From Phoronis australis (Eukaryota > Animalia > Phoronida): a stretch of DNA of 64,000 nt. This document shows, in pieces, positions 63,733 through 64,000 of this stretch. The stretch covers positions 941,158 to 1,005,157 of the forward strand of contig NMRA01000023.1 of assembly GCA_002633005.1 (NCBI GenBank), written 5' to 3'. The notes below the pieces were generated by a model. The model ran no database searches, was not told where the DNA came from, and saw only the letters and a program-made list of their open reading frames with translations. The number at the start of each line of letters is the position of its first letter. Positions within the stretch are counted from its first letter, which is position 1. The translations under genes were made by a program, and so were the position numbers.

Positions 63733-64000
63733 TGGTAACTTTAGTAACTATACATATTCCTGTGGTAACTTTAGTAACTCCACACATTCCTCTGGTAACT
63801 TAAGAAACTCCACACATTCCTCTGGTAAATTTAGAAACTCCACACATTCCTCTGGTAACTTTAGTAACTCCACACATTCCTCTAGTAATTTTTACTAACT
63901 CCACACAATCCTGTGGTAAATTTAGTAACTCCACAATTTCCTGTGGTAACTTTAGCAACTCCACACATTCCTCTGGTAGCTTTAGTAACTCCACATAATC
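63733..64000. repeat. 30-bp minisatellite (tggtaactttagtaactccacacattcctc)n, runs off the window
   Basis: About 9 tandem copies with period 30. Confidence 0.95.

Noticed and set aside
63733-64000. 30-bp repeats as a CRISPR array or as the repeat protein ORF 63800-63994
   Set aside because: Units are head to tail with no unique spacers, there are no cas genes and the context is eukaryotic; the ORF is a by-product of the 30-bp period

Overview
AT-rich eukaryotic DNA, most likely a marine invertebrate (inferred from the TE families and spliceosomal GT-AG exons). No prokaryotic operons, RNA genes or CRISPR arrays are supportable. The only host-gene signal is a minus-strand carbohydrate sulfotransferase (CHST11/HNK-1ST family): a catalytic exon at 5040-4130 with four in-frame stops, and an intact signal-anchor exon at 56686-56584 that is splice-phase compatible with it, so most of the window may be one ~51.5 kb intron. 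The interval is filled with nested transposon relics: a Sola3-like element, two TIR-bounded AcademX elements, a Kolobok-like element, a P-element transposase with a convergent spliced companion gene, Gypsy LTRs and gag, a solo LTR, two CR1-group LINEs (one with a 2A-like GDVEENPGP peptide), MITEs, ~430-bp arrays and a 30-bp minisatellite. Five single-N joins mark contig junctions; three are flanked by near-identical duplications, probably two haplotypes, which expose filled versus empty insertion sites. The best leads are: (1) a P element whose YxAG/RGGL C-terminal-like module seems to sit in a separate convergent zinc-finger gene, (2) strong TACATGTA enrichment with direct evidence that it arises as a TA-site excision footprint, and (3) two different LTRs starting at the same nucleotide on the two alleles. 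All family calls come from reading motifs by eye, not from database searches.
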